Shown one piece after another: positions 8,221 through 17,737 of a DNA stretch of 64,000 nucleotides (position 1 is the stretch's first letter; the number at the start of each line of letters is the position of its first letter). Below the pieces are notes generated by a model. It saw only the letters and a list, made by a program, of their open reading frames with translations. It was not told where the DNA came from and made no database searches. The stretch is from assembly GCA_040752695.1 (NCBI GenBank), contig JBFMGO010000002.1, positions 1 through 64,000 on the forward strand, given 5' to 3'. The DNA comes from a bacterium. GTDB taxonomy: Bacteria; SZUA-182; DTGQ01. The translations under genes were made by a program, and so were the position numbers.

Positions 8221-11211
8221 TTAGGGGTTCCATCCGGCGATTCTGGCCATCATCCACCAGAAAGCGCGGGCCTTGAGGTCACAGTTGAGAGACCGGGAAT
8301 GAGCGCATTCACACGATGAGCATTGGCCGGGATGGGCAGTGCACCACTCCGTAGCCCAGTTTCTGCTTCCTCCGTCATAGAAGCACCCGTCGTCGGCACC
8401 CCGGTTGAGGAAATAGCGGCCGTCAGGATCGTAGCTTTCGATATCGGCGAAATCGAAGAGGATTTTCCCGTTGGCGCGGCAATACTCCCTGATCTGGTTA
8501 TTCCGGATGGCCAGATTTCCGCTCTCACCCGTTCCATCGAGATGACCGGTCATATAGATGAAGGTGACCTGCGGATAGGCTTTCTCCAGTGCATTCATGG
8601 CATTGAGATAGATATTAATCCCCTGGAGCGTGTTATCCGAAACCCCGCCACACCATGACCACATGATCACATTCCGGTCATTGCCTGGCCGGGTTAACTG
8701 ATCGATGGTCAGGTCCCGCCAGCCAAGGTCGCCTTCATGACCAAGATCGGTCCAATCGACCTCCTGGTAGGAGAGGGAGCCGGGAACTGAGCTCTCGTCT
8801 GTATGGAACCGGAAAAGGCTGTTGGCAAGAGCGTACATTCCGCTGGTGATCTGGCTGCCATGCGAGGTATGGCCGTACCAGACCTTTAGCTTGTTTTTAG
8901 CGGCGTTAATCCAGTCGGCAGGTACCACGGAAAGATTGGTACAGGTATGACCAATAATCATGCCCGGTATCGTGGTCGTTCCCGTTCCCGTGCTGCCCGG
9001 CGTCGTACCTGTGCCCGTGCCTGTCCCGGTGCCTGTACCCGGCGGCTGTGGCGGTGTGGTACTGCTCAGGGAAAAATCAAACAGGATGGTAGTTTTGGCC
9101 TTAATGGTAATCGGCTGGCTCTGGGAGGTGTAGCCGGTGGCTGTGGCTGTAATGACCTGTGCACCCTGCGGCACACTCTGGATCAGGTATTCTCCCCTGC
9201 TGTTGGTAACAGCTTGCAGCCCCTTGTCCTGTACGGTAACCGAAGCACCTTCGATGGGATTGTGTGTTATGGCATCCATGACCATGCCCCGGACGGTGCC
9301 CGTATCTTCAACCGGTACCTCGTCCAGGCATGAAGGATTTCCCATGAACTTTTGAAACAGGCAAAGAGCATCTGCCGGAGTAACCTTGCCATCCTGATTT
9401 ACATCGGTGCAGTCTGGACAGGACCCGGCGTTCAGATAGCACAAAAAGGCGATGAGGGCATCGGCAGGGGTAATCCTCCCATCGTTATTCAGGTCGCCTT
9501 GACAGTGATTCGGGGTGGTGCTGCACTCTCCCGAATAGGCAACGTTGATACCGCTCGACGCTGCAATACAGGCGTTGGAGTAGGTTTTCCCATCGCATCC
9601 GCAGACCGGAGTATAATCATGTGAACACCTCGTCGGGAGGTCCTTACATACTCCCTGTGCTGTGCAATCACCAGAGTTCTTCTGGCAATAATCGCCGGAC
9701 GGGCATTGATCGTTTCTGGTGCAGGTCCCTGTTGCCGGTTCCGACTCATAGACGCCGAGATCACACCAGCCGGTCTGGGGACGCGGTTTGCCTTCCAGGT
9801 CAAGAGCCGGTGCCCCCTGGGCGATACCGGCATTCAGAGCCGGGCTTTGGGGCTGAAGGTGGTAATCCCCTTCGGTCCCCCAGGCTCTCTTGACAAAGAG
9901 GGGCTCCGCAGAAATGTTCCCCGGCCCAAGCTCTCCAAGCTGGGTGGGGAGATACTCTCTTCCATTGGCGAAGATTATCGGTGCATCAGATTCAGAGGGT
10001 CTTTCAGGAGAGTTTCCTGCACGATACCAGAGATTGTGATCAGCCTGAAGGGTGACCGAATCTCCCAGATAGATTATCCCGGAGCCGTGGGCGATGATAC
10101 AGTTTCTTATCAGTACCGTAATCGGCTCTCCCGTATAGCTGCCCAGGTAAACGGGGTGACCTTCTCTTCGTTCTTCGTTTTCATCGATAGTCACATTGAT
10201 AAACTCAAAATGAGCAGCCCGGTCGGTATCGACCTCAAGGCTGCAGGCCCAGCCATTGTCGGGATCTCCATCTCCGTCTCCATAGATGAGCACATTTTCC
10301 GCTCTGCTTCCGTCTTGCGTAAATGCAAGACTGCTGCCCTGGTTGTTGGCCAGGATCGTCTCATGGACAAAGGTATTTTTGGCCTCGCTCCTCATTCCAT
10401 ACCCAAGATTATGCTCGATAGTACAGGAATCGAGTTCCACCGGCCCTTCGGATCTGTCTATCCACAGGCCGCTTGGCCAGCTCTCCTGCGGTATTCGTTC
10501 CTGCCCGTGAAAGAAATGACCGGCGTATCCGATCTGGCAGTTGCGAATCACCACCTCTTCCCATCCCCTGCCTTCACCCCCCGTATAGCCGCTGATTACC
10601 GCTCCTTGCGTATGGTGAAGGTTAAGATTCTCGATCGTGACCTGTTTGACATTCCCATTCAGTCCCAGGCCGCACTCTTCGAGGTGATGAATATCCATGT
10701 TCCTGATGACAAGATGAGAGACTGCTTCCGCCTCCCCATTCTCTGCGCTTCCATCCCCTCCGCAGATATCTATGCCGTTTCTTAATCCGCAATCGGACCC
10801 GGAGCACGGAACGCGAACCCCACTGGTTATTTCAAGGTTTTCCACCCGGATATAACTATGACCATGGATGGCTACGGCTGCTGAAAGGTCCTTAAATCCC
10901 ATCAATCTTGGCTTATGGCCATCTTCCCCTTTGATCGTGATCCAGGCGTCTTGGGAGCCGGATACCAGGGGAGTGATCATATCATCCCAATAGACGCTCA
11001 TCGCATATTGGCCATCTTTGATGATCAGGGTATCTCCTGGCTGAAGCTGTTTTGAGCCAAAACCGGGAGTTCTCCAGGGTTGGGATTGCGTACCCGGATT
11101 ACTGTCCAGCCCATCCGGTGCAACATAGTAAGTGCGGGTGGCAGTGTAGCCAACCGAAAGAAAGGTAAAACAAAAGAAATACACTATCAGGAACAAGGTT
11201 TTTTTCTGCAT
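8221..11211 (-). CDS. Large exported modular protein: right-handed beta-helix (pectin-lyase-like), Kazal-like, dockerin, carboxypeptidase-regulatory-like Ig, P/G/T linker, C-terminal alpha/beta domain
   Basis: Signal peptide from ATG 11211; YYVAPDG.DSNPGT.SQPWRT opening; DYHLQPQSPA..G...DLGVYE; PVCGCDGKTYSNAC; DLNNDGRITPAD/DVNQDGKVTPAD; GTVRGMV.DA.T..PIEGASV; YGHTSHGSQI domain. Confidence 0.8.
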   Translation of the reverse strand: MQKKTLFLIVYFFCFTFLSVGYTATRTYYVAPDGLDSNPGTQSQPWRTPGFGSKQLQPGDTLIIKDGQYAMSVYWDDMITPLVSGSQDAWITIKGEDGHKPRLMGFKDLSAAVAIHGHSYIRVENLEITSGVRVPCSGSDCGLRNGIDICGGDGSAENGEAEAVSHLVIRNMDIHHLEECGLGLNGNVKQVTIENLNLHHTQGAVISGYTGGEGRGWEEVVIRNCQIGYAGHFFHGQERIPQESWPSGLWIDRSEGPVELDSCTIEHNLGYGMRSEAKNTFVHETILANNQGSSLAFTQDGSRAENVLIYGDGDGDPDNGWACSLEVDTDRAAHFEFINVTIDENEERREGHPVYLGSYTGEPITVLIRNCIIAHGSGIIYLGDSVTLQADHNLWYRAGNSPERPSESDAPIIFANGREYLPTQLGELGPGNISAEPLFVKRAWGTEGDYHLQPQSPALNAGIAQGAPALDLEGKPRPQTGWCDLGVYESEPATGTCTRNDQCPSGDYCQKNSGDCTAQGVCKDLPTRCSHDYTPVCGCDGKTYSNACIAASSGINVAYSGECSTTPNHCQGDLNNDGRITPADALIAFLCYLNAGSCPDCTDVNQDGKVTPADALCLFQKFMGNPSCLDEVPVEDTGTVRGMVMDAITHNPIEGASVTVQDKGLQAVTNSRGEYLIQSVPQGAQVITATATGYTSQSQPITIKAKTTILFDFSLSSTTPPQPPGTGTGTGTGTGTTPGSTGTGTTTIPGMIIGHTCTNLSVVPADWINAAKNKLKVWYGHTSHGSQITSGMYALANSLFRFHTDESSVPGSLSYQEVDWTDLGHEGDLGWRDLTIDQLTRPGNDRNVIMWSWCGGVSDNTLQGINIYLNAMNALEKAYPQVTFIYMTGHLDGTGESGNLAIRNNQIREYCRANGKILFDFADIESYDPDGRYFLNRGADDGCFYDGGSRNWATEWCTAHPGQCSSCECAHSRSLNCDLKARAFWWMMARIAGWNP

Positions 11212-11430
11212 TTTTTCTCCTTTTCTTTTTCCTTTTCTTTTTCCTTTTGATTGAATGGACGTACCAATGGGTATCTTATACGCGGATATTTTATGCATGA
11301 GTACCTTACGCGTTGGTATCTTACTGATTTAGCTCCATTAATATTATACTAAAGTGAATTAAAATTGTCGAATTTAAGGGATGCGTGAGTATAGCTTTTC
11401 AATTCTTGTATGCTTTGGATGAGGTAAAAG

Positions 11431-11464
11431 TTGACAATTGGTCTATAATTTTTGTATATATAGT
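11431..11464 (+). promoter_or_regulatory. Putative sigma70 promoter upstream of radC
   Basis: TTGACA followed by AT-rich -10-like hexamers (tatata/tatagt). Confidence 0.35.
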
Positions 11465-11515
11465 TAATTAGTCTTAATTATGGTTATTTAATTAAGATCA
11501 GAGCGGAGGAAAATC

Positions 11516-12196
11516 ATGAAGGTATCGGATTCCCAGGCAGGGCATAGGTTCAGATTACGTGAGAGATTCCTTAAAAGCGGTCGATCCGCTTTTGCCGATT
11601 ACGAACTTTTGGAAATGATTCTGGCCTACGCTGTCCCCAGGAAGGATACTAAACTCATGGCAAAAGACCTGATTGCCACTTTTGGCACCTTTGCCGCCGT
11701 TTTTGATCAGCCTTGTGAAAAACTGCAAGCCGTATCCGGAATAGGGCCATCGGTTGCCGCATTTTTGCTTTCCATCCGGGCTGTTATGACCCGTTACCTG
11801 GAACAAAAGACGGTAAAGGCAAAAACCATTTCTTCACCCGAAGATGTAGCGGATTTCGTGCGCCTGGCCATTGGAGCCAATCAGCGGGAATGCCTGATGC
11901 TTCTGTGCATGAATGCGGCCAACCGCCTGGTTCATCACGAAATCCTGGTGGAAGGGACCGTAGATCAGGCCCCGGTTTACCCCAGGGAAATTTTGAAACC
12001 AGCCTTGATTCATAACGCCACAGCCCTGATTCTCGTCCACAACCATCCCAGCGGACGGGCTATCCCCTCCGAGCAGGATCATCACATGACCGATAGAGTT
12101 ACCGCTCTGGCTTCAGAATTTAACATTGTCCTGCACGACCATCTTATCGTCTGCCCCTCTCAGTCCTACAGCATCAAGACCGGTCGATCACTGTGA
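11516..12196 (+). CDS. radC: RadC family JAB-domain protein
   Basis: GHRFRLRERF, YELLEMIL, helix-hairpin-helix GIG, GTVDQAPVYPREI, HNHPSG...PSEQD, DHLIV. Confidence 0.92.
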   Translation: MKVSDSQAGHRFRLRERFLKSGRSAFADYELLEMILAYAVPRKDTKLMAKDLIATFGTFAAVFDQPCEKLQAVSGIGPSVAAFLLSIRAVMTRYLEQKTVKAKTISSPEDVADFVRLAIGANQRECLMLLCMNAANRLVHHEILVEGTVDQAPVYPREILKPALIHNATALILVHNHPSGRAIPSEQDHHMTDRVTALASEFNIVLHDHLIVCPSQSYSIKTGRSL

Positions 12197-12230
12197 GTTG
12201 ACTGCACAAAATAAACTACCCGCCAATGGC

Positions 12231-12263
12231 CGCCTTGTCCAGACGCAAGTCCTGGACAAGGCG
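12231..12263. terminator. Hairpin after radC
   Basis: cgccttgtccag ... ctggacaaggcg. Confidence 0.5.
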
Positions 12264-12827
12264 CAATCATTTTCCCCAATAAAGGGCTGAACTTATGCTC
12301 GGGGGCAATAATCAATGCCCGGTGATGAATGCCACAATAAATTCCGACTGGATAATGCTCCTGCCGGTCTGAATACTCTCTCCGGGAAAAACATGGACTT
12401 TCAAGAGCGCCAGCCTGAATTGTAAGAACTAAAGTCGCTTTCAACATGATTCTTCCTGCACTCTCTTTTGTTCTTCCAGCCAGAGTTGCGATGGTATGCA
12501 ATCCAAGACAAAAGGCGATATATGGTATGGAGAGAGGAAGTAAAACGTGGTTGATAGAGGCTCATAGGAAGCATATGGCTGTCCCCCGATGGACAGGGCC
12601 GCCGTTCCTCCTATGCCTGCCGGTTCGAAGGATTTGCCACTCTCCCATGGAGTGTAGGTGAGGGAATCTGATTTTACTATAAAAATTATTTTTCTTCCTT
12701 TTTCGATTTGACAAATGAACTGTGAGGATAGTAATATTATTTTAGACACTCCGATTAGAGTGTTATTAGAGTGTTAAGGGTTGGACATTTCATGTAAGGA
12801 AAATATTCAAAAACAAGGAGGATTCCC

Positions 12828-13871
12828 ATGAACAAGAGAGGAAGGAAAGTATCGGGCGGTTTGCTGGCTGTGAGTTGCATTGTAGTGTGCCTGCTTATTG
12901 GTTCGGCTGTTCAGGCGGGCCGGGCAAGGGCCAAAGAGTCGGCAGCTATGGGAGAAGGGGAGGAGTTGGCAGGCACCATCGCCATATCGGGAGCCTGGGC
13001 GCTCTACCCCATGGCGGTTAAATGGGCCGAGGAGTTCCAGAAGATCCACCCGAAGGTGAGGATTGATATCGCTGCCGGAGGTGCAGGAAAAGGTATGGCC
13101 GATGCGTTGGCCGGAGTAGTGGATATCGGCATGGTTTCACGGGATATTCATCCAGCCGAGATCGAGAAAGGGGCATGGTGGATTTCGGTGGTCAAGGATG
13201 CGGTAGTACCCACCATCAATGACCATAATCCGGCTTTAAAAGAGATCCTGAAGAAGGGAGTCAAAAAAGAAATTCTGGCAGGCATCTGGATCAGCGGAAC
13301 GGTCAAAAGCTGGAGCGAGGTTATCGGTGGTAACGTTTTGGGGAGCAAGGTGAGGAACGTCTACGGGAAAAATGACATTATTCATGTCTATACGAGGTCC
13401 GATGCCTGCGGCGCTGCTGAGACCTGGGCCAAGTATCTGGGAAAAAACCAGGAAGACCTGCTGGGCATTGGCGTTTATGGAGATCCGGGTTTGGTCGAGG
13501 CGGTCGGTACCGATTCTCTGGGTATTGGTTTCAACAACATAAATTACGCCTATAACGCCAAGACCAAAGCGCAGGCCAAAGGGATACTCGTCCTGCCGAT
13601 TGATCTCAACGGTAACGGCCTCTTGGATGAAGATGAAAATTTCTACCGTGACCGGGACGCAATATCCAAAAATATAGCCGAGGGGAAATATCCTTCGCCT
13701 CCTGCCAGGGCATTGCATTTCGTTTCACAGGGGCGGCCCCGGCAAAAAGTAGTCTCCGCCTTTATGGCCTGGGTCCTGACTGATGGTCAAAAATATGTTC
13801 CGGAAGCGGGTTACATTAATCTGACTGCGAAAAAGCTCCAGGAAGAGCTGAAGAATCTGGGAGGTGAATAA
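12828..13871 (+). CDS. pstS: Phosphate ABC transporter substrate-binding protein
   Basis: Signal peptide; ISGAWALYP, GGAGKG, DIGMVSR, YPSPPARAL; first gene before pstC/pstA/pstB; RBS aaggagg. Confidence 0.88.
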   Translation: MNKRGRKVSGGLLAVSCIVVCLLIGSAVQAGRARAKESAAMGEGEELAGTIAISGAWALYPMAVKWAEEFQKIHPKVRIDIAAGGAGKGMADALAGVVDIGMVSRDIHPAEIEKGAWWISVVKDAVVPTINDHNPALKEILKKGVKKEILAGIWISGTVKSWSEVIGGNVLGSKVRNVYGKNDIIHVYTRSDACGAAETWAKYLGKNQEDLLGIGVYGDPGLVEAVGTDSLGIGFNNINYAYNAKTKAQAKGILVLPIDLNGNGLLDEDENFYRDRDAISKNIAEGKYPSPPARALHFVSQGRPRQKVVSAFMAWVLTDGQKYVPEAGYINLTAKKLQEELKNLGGE

Positions 13872-13873
13872 TT

Positions 13874-14824
13874 ATGGATACCCCCTATACCATTTCCCAG
13901 CCAATGTCTGACCGGGGAGAAGCAGCAGGTGAAAATGGGAGCAGGCTGATCAAGGATAAGCTGGCCAACGCCTCGATGCTGCTCCTGACCATTTGCTCCG
14001 GTCTTGTGGTTTTTTCCATTGCCATTTTGCTCTATCAAAGGTCGAGGCCAATCCTGGCCATGAATGGGCTTTTTGACGTGCTCTTTTCAACCTCCTGGCA
14101 CCCTTTGCGGGGAGAGTTCGGCTTTTTCCCTTTCATCATGGGCACCTTCTGGGTGACCGGAGTGGCAGTGGCCATAGCTGTGCCCCTTTGCATCCTGAGT
14201 TCAATTTACCTTTCCGAATATGCACCGAAGGCGGTGCGGGAGTGGACCAAACCCCTCATCGACTTACTGGCCGGGATCCCATCGGTAGTCTTCGGTCTGT
14301 GGGGTATACTGGTGATTGTGCCGCTGGTCAAAAATTATATCGCTCCCGGCTTTGATACCTTCTCGACCGGATACAGCGTACTGACTGCCGGGGTCGTTCT
14401 GGCCATCATGATTTTCCCGGTAATCATCCATGTTTCGGTTGAGGTGTTAAGGACCATACCACGGGAAATGAGGGAGGCATCCCTGACGCTGGGAGCGACC
14501 AGATGGCAGACCATAAAGCATGTCGTCCTGCGCAAGGCTCTGCCGGGGGTAATCGCTGCCATTGTCCTGGGGCTTTCGCGCGCTCTTGGGGAAACCATGG
14601 CCGTGCTGATGGTAGCCGGCAATGTAGCCAGCGTGCCATCGTCGATCCTCGGCCCTGCCTATCCCCTGCCCGCCCTGATCGCCAACAGCTACGGGGAGAT
14701 GATGTCCGTGCCCCTCTACGACTCGGCGCTCCTTCTGGCATCCCTCATTTTGCTGCTAATCGTTTTATTTTTCAATATCCTGTCTCGTATCATTCTGATG
14801 AGGATCGAAAGGAGCATTCAGTAA
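13874..14824 (+). CDS. pstC: Phosphate ABC transporter permease
   Basis: YLSEYAP, LLAGIPSVVFGLWG, EAA-like loop EASLTLGATRW, RALGETMAV. Confidence 0.93.
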   Translation: MDTPYTISQPMSDRGEAAGENGSRLIKDKLANASMLLLTICSGLVVFSIAILLYQRSRPILAMNGLFDVLFSTSWHPLRGEFGFFPFIMGTFWVTGVAVAIAVPLCILSSIYLSEYAPKAVREWTKPLIDLLAGIPSVVFGLWGILVIVPLVKNYIAPGFDTFSTGYSVLTAGVVLAIMIFPVIIHVSVEVLRTIPREMREASLTLGATRWQTIKHVVLRKALPGVIAAIVLGLSRALGETMAVLMVAGNVASVPSSILGPAYPLPALIANSYGEMMSVPLYDSALLLASLILLLIVLFFNILSRIILMRIERSIQ

Positions 14825-14826
14825 TC

Positions 14827-15678
14827 ATGAACAGAAGAAATCTGGAAGAAAAAATCGTTAAAAGTCTGATGATCGCCTCCACACTGATCATCCTCCTGTC
14901 TCTCGTGCTTATCCTGGCTACCGTAATCATCAAGGGGCTGCCGACCATGAATCTGGCCATGCTGACCCAAATTCCAAAAGGCGGATATTACCTCGGTGAG
15001 GGCGGCGGGATATTGAATGCCATTGTCGGCTCCCTTTACATAGGCGTGGGGTCGGTCCTTTTGGCTATTTCGATCAGCCTGCCGGTGGTCTTGTATCTCA
15101 ACATCTATGCGAAAAAAAACTCTCACCTGGCAGCTTTCACCCGCTTTTCCTTCGATGTCCTCTGGGGTGTGCCATCTATTGTCTATGGAGCCTTCGGTTT
15201 TTCCATCATGCTCTTTCTCGGACTCAGGGCCTCGCTGCTTGGGGGCATACTGGCCGTGTCCCTCCTTATTCTTCCGATTATGAGCAGAACCATGGATGAA
15301 GTGGTTAAAATGGTGCCGGCAGAACTTCTGGAAGTGTCCTACTCCCTGGGAGCGACCAGACTGGAGGCCGCTCTGAAGGTGGTGGTCAGGCAGACACTGC
15401 CGGGCCTTTTGACCGCTGTTCTGATCGCTTTCGGGAGGGGCATCGGAGATGCTGCCTCGGTCATGTTTACGGCGGGGTTCACCGATTATATCCCGAACTC
15501 CCTGCTCAGACCGGCAGCCACCCTCCCTCTGGCCATTTTCTTTCAGTTGGGGACACCTATCCCTGAAGTTCAAGGCAGGGCTTATGCTTCCGCCTTTATC
15601 CTGACCGTACTTATTTTGATCATCAGCATTGCGACCAGAATGCTGACCAGGAGATTTACGAAACATAATGTGAATTGA
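14827..15678 (+). CDS. pstA: Phosphate ABC transporter permease
   Basis: GGILNAIVGS, GVPSIVYGAFG, LGAT, GRGIGDAA; start ATG 14827 just after the pstC stop. Confidence 0.9.
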   Translation: MNRRNLEEKIVKSLMIASTLIILLSLVLILATVIIKGLPTMNLAMLTQIPKGGYYLGEGGGILNAIVGSLYIGVGSVLLAISISLPVVLYLNIYAKKNSHLAAFTRFSFDVLWGVPSIVYGAFGFSIMLFLGLRASLLGGILAVSLLILPIMSRTMDEVVKMVPAELLEVSYSLGATRLEAALKVVVRQTLPGLLTAVLIAFGRGIGDAASVMFTAGFTDYIPNSLLRPAATLPLAIFFQLGTPIPEVQGRAYASAFILTVLILIISIATRMLTRRFTKHNVN

Positions 15679-15799
15679 ACATAAATTGAACATAATGTGA
15701 ACAAAGCATGGTGCGAACGAGAAAACGTAACCTAAGGAGACTATCGTAAAACCTAAGGAGACTATCGTAAAACGTAAGGAGACTATTGTAAGGAGAGTT
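15661..15799. repeat. Tandem duplications between pstA and pstB, including a 21-bp unit that carries the RBS
   Basis: aacataatgtgaa repeated at the pstA end; cctaaggagactatcgtaaaa x2 plus degenerate copies; taaggag at 15733, 15754, 15775 and 15789. Confidence 0.85.
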
Positions 15800-16567
15800 A
15801 TGACCATGGAGTTCAGATCCCACGTAAGTGTTAAAAATCTCAATGTGTTCTATGGAAACGAGCAGGCACTGAAGGATGTGACTGTTGATATACCGGAAAA
15901 GAAGATAACCGCTATTATCGGACCCTCAGGCTGCGGCAAGACAACGCTCCTGCGTTCATTTAACCGTTTGGTTGATTCGGTGGATGGGGTCAAAGTTTTC
16001 GGCCGGATTCTGGTTCATGGAGAAGATATCCTTGATCCTAAAGTAGAGGTTACCGAGGTCAGGAAAAAGATGGGGCTTCTCTCCCAGAAACCTTTTCCCC
16101 TGCCAATGTCGATCTATGACAATGTCGCCTTCGGTCCGAGAATACATGGCATTAAAAAGAAAGAAAAACTGGACGGAATTGTAGAACACTACCTCAGAGA
16201 GTTGAGTCTCTGGGATGAGGTAAAGGACAGACTGCATTCACCGGCATCAAGACTGTCCGTAGGCCAGCAGCAAAGGCTTTGCCTGGCCAGAGGACTGGCT
16301 GTCGAACCCGAAATCATCCTCGGCGATGAACCGACCTCGGCACTTGATCCGAAATCGAGCCAGCACATTGAGCAAAGATTCCTCGAACTCAAGAAAAAAT
16401 ATACCATCGTCATTGTCACCCACATCCTGCGCCAGGCCAGAAGACTGGCCGATTATGTGCTTTTTCTCTACTTCGGCGAGCTCATAGAGCATGGACCGGC
16501 CAGGGATATCTTCGAGAATCCAAAGGAGGAGATGACCAGAGAGTACATCAAAGGAACCATAAGCTGA
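15800..16567 (+). CDS. pstB: Phosphate ABC transporter ATP-binding protein
   Basis: Walker A GPSGCGKT, signature LSVGQQQRLCLAR, DEPTSALDP, VTH. Confidence 0.95.
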   Translation: MTMEFRSHVSVKNLNVFYGNEQALKDVTVDIPEKKITAIIGPSGCGKTTLLRSFNRLVDSVDGVKVFGRILVHGEDILDPKVEVTEVRKKMGLLSQKPFPLPMSIYDNVAFGPRIHGIKKKEKLDGIVEHYLRELSLWDEVKDRLHSPASRLSVGQQQRLCLARGLAVEPEIILGDEPTSALDPKSSQHIEQRFLELKKKYTIVIVTHILRQARRLADYVLFLYFGELIEHGPARDIFENPKEEMTREYIKGTIS

Positions 16568-16692
16568 TGCTGGCGGATGGATGCAGCTTTAGGCTTGCGG
16601 ATGAATGCAACTGATGCTGGCGGATGGATGCAGTTGATGCTTGCGGCTGATGCTGGCAGGTGGATTCAACTCAGGCAGGCGAATGAATGACA
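16564..16692. repeat. Degenerate ~23-bp tandem repeat starting at the pstB stop codon
   Basis: ctgatgctggcggatggatgcag occurs twice exactly, with 3-4 degenerate copies. Confidence 0.8.
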
Positions 16693-16752
16693 GGGGCCGG
16701 GCCGGGGCCAAGATGCCTGCTTTCGCGGTAATTATTAGAGCTCCTTTTGCAT

Positions 16753-16784
16753 AAAAAAAGCGGCAGAAGTGAATCTGCCGCTTT
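16753..16784 (-). terminator. Rho-independent terminator of the cold-shock gene (possibly bidirectional)
   Basis: aaaaaaagcggcaga-agtgaa-tctgccgcttt; U-tract on the minus strand. Confidence 0.7.
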
Positions 16785-16828
16785 GTGGAGCTCGATATCA
16801 ATAGTACGTCAAGAACAGTCAAAAGCAC

Positions 16829-17032
16829 TTACTGTACCCGTACATTCACGGCCTGTGGTCCTTTGGGACCTTTCTGAATATCGAATTCTACCAGTTGATT
16901 TTCCTGGATACTTCGGAATCCAGACCCCATAATTGCTGTATAATGTACGAAAACATCTCTTTCTTCACCTGCAACTGTGATGAAGCCAAAGCCTTTCTGG
17001 TCGTTAAACCATTTCACTCTTCCCTGAGCCAT
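16829..17032 (-). CDS. Cold-shock protein (CspA family)
   Basis: [15 protein letters not shown] (RNP1), DVFVHY (RNP2), KGPQAVNV; 67 aa; RBS aggaggg. Confidence 0.95.
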   Translation of the reverse strand: MAQGRVKWFNDQKGFGFITVAGEERDVFVHYTAIMGSGFRSIQENQLVEFDIQKGPKGPQAVNVRVQ

Positions 17033-17737
17033 ACCTATATCCCTCCTTTCTGAAATTTGTGTTTCTTAAGCCGGGATATTTCTGTAAAGCTCAGGAAAAA
17101 CTACAGGCTTCCAAAGTCTCAGAAAACCTATCCACAACTTAATTATTTTCCCCAATGAGAAAAAATTTCCCCATGGGCAATCCTCTCAATCTCAGGATAA
17201 GTCCCTCATTGAGAATGTGAGGGGGAGAATACACTATTTGGGACAAATTGTCAAGGATTATATTTTATTTTTTTCAGTTATTGCCATAATTCAGCTTATC
17301 ACAACCTCACAAGGTGGGTTACCCACCGGGCACCTTTTATTTTTCATTGTAAATATATCCGCTATTTTCAATTGGTTACAATTGATTATTTTGGGCCGGC
17401 ATACGTCCAGCGTAAGTCTTTTTCTTAGCCAGCGAAAAATTGAGAAACCAAAAAGTGGAGAGGAAAGGTCTTAAAAATGGATCAGGGAGAGGAAAATTTT
17501 TATTTCTTGTTAAATTAAAATATTAACTTGACAAATTTATTATATAATACTAAATTTAAATAGAATAGACATTAAATTTAATATCTAACAAAATTATTCA
17601 TATAAAATGATTAATAATAATATATTCAGATTTTACCAGTCTCAAATCAATAGAAAGGAGGAGGGACAGGAGGCTTTATCTTGCACTTCTTAACGCTTTA
17701 TCAATTGTACCAGCGATTATCATAAAGGGAGAGAACT

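Noticed and set aside
9706..10785. 359-aa plus-strand ORF
   Set aside because: Antisense shadow of the well-supported 8221-11211 gene; no recognisable motifs
11516..12196. radC as a marker of a mobile element
   Set aside because: Full-length chromosomal type with the N-terminal HhH region; no integrase, att sites or transfer genes nearby
14818..15843. 341-aa minus-strand ORF
   Set aside because: Antisense shadow of pstA
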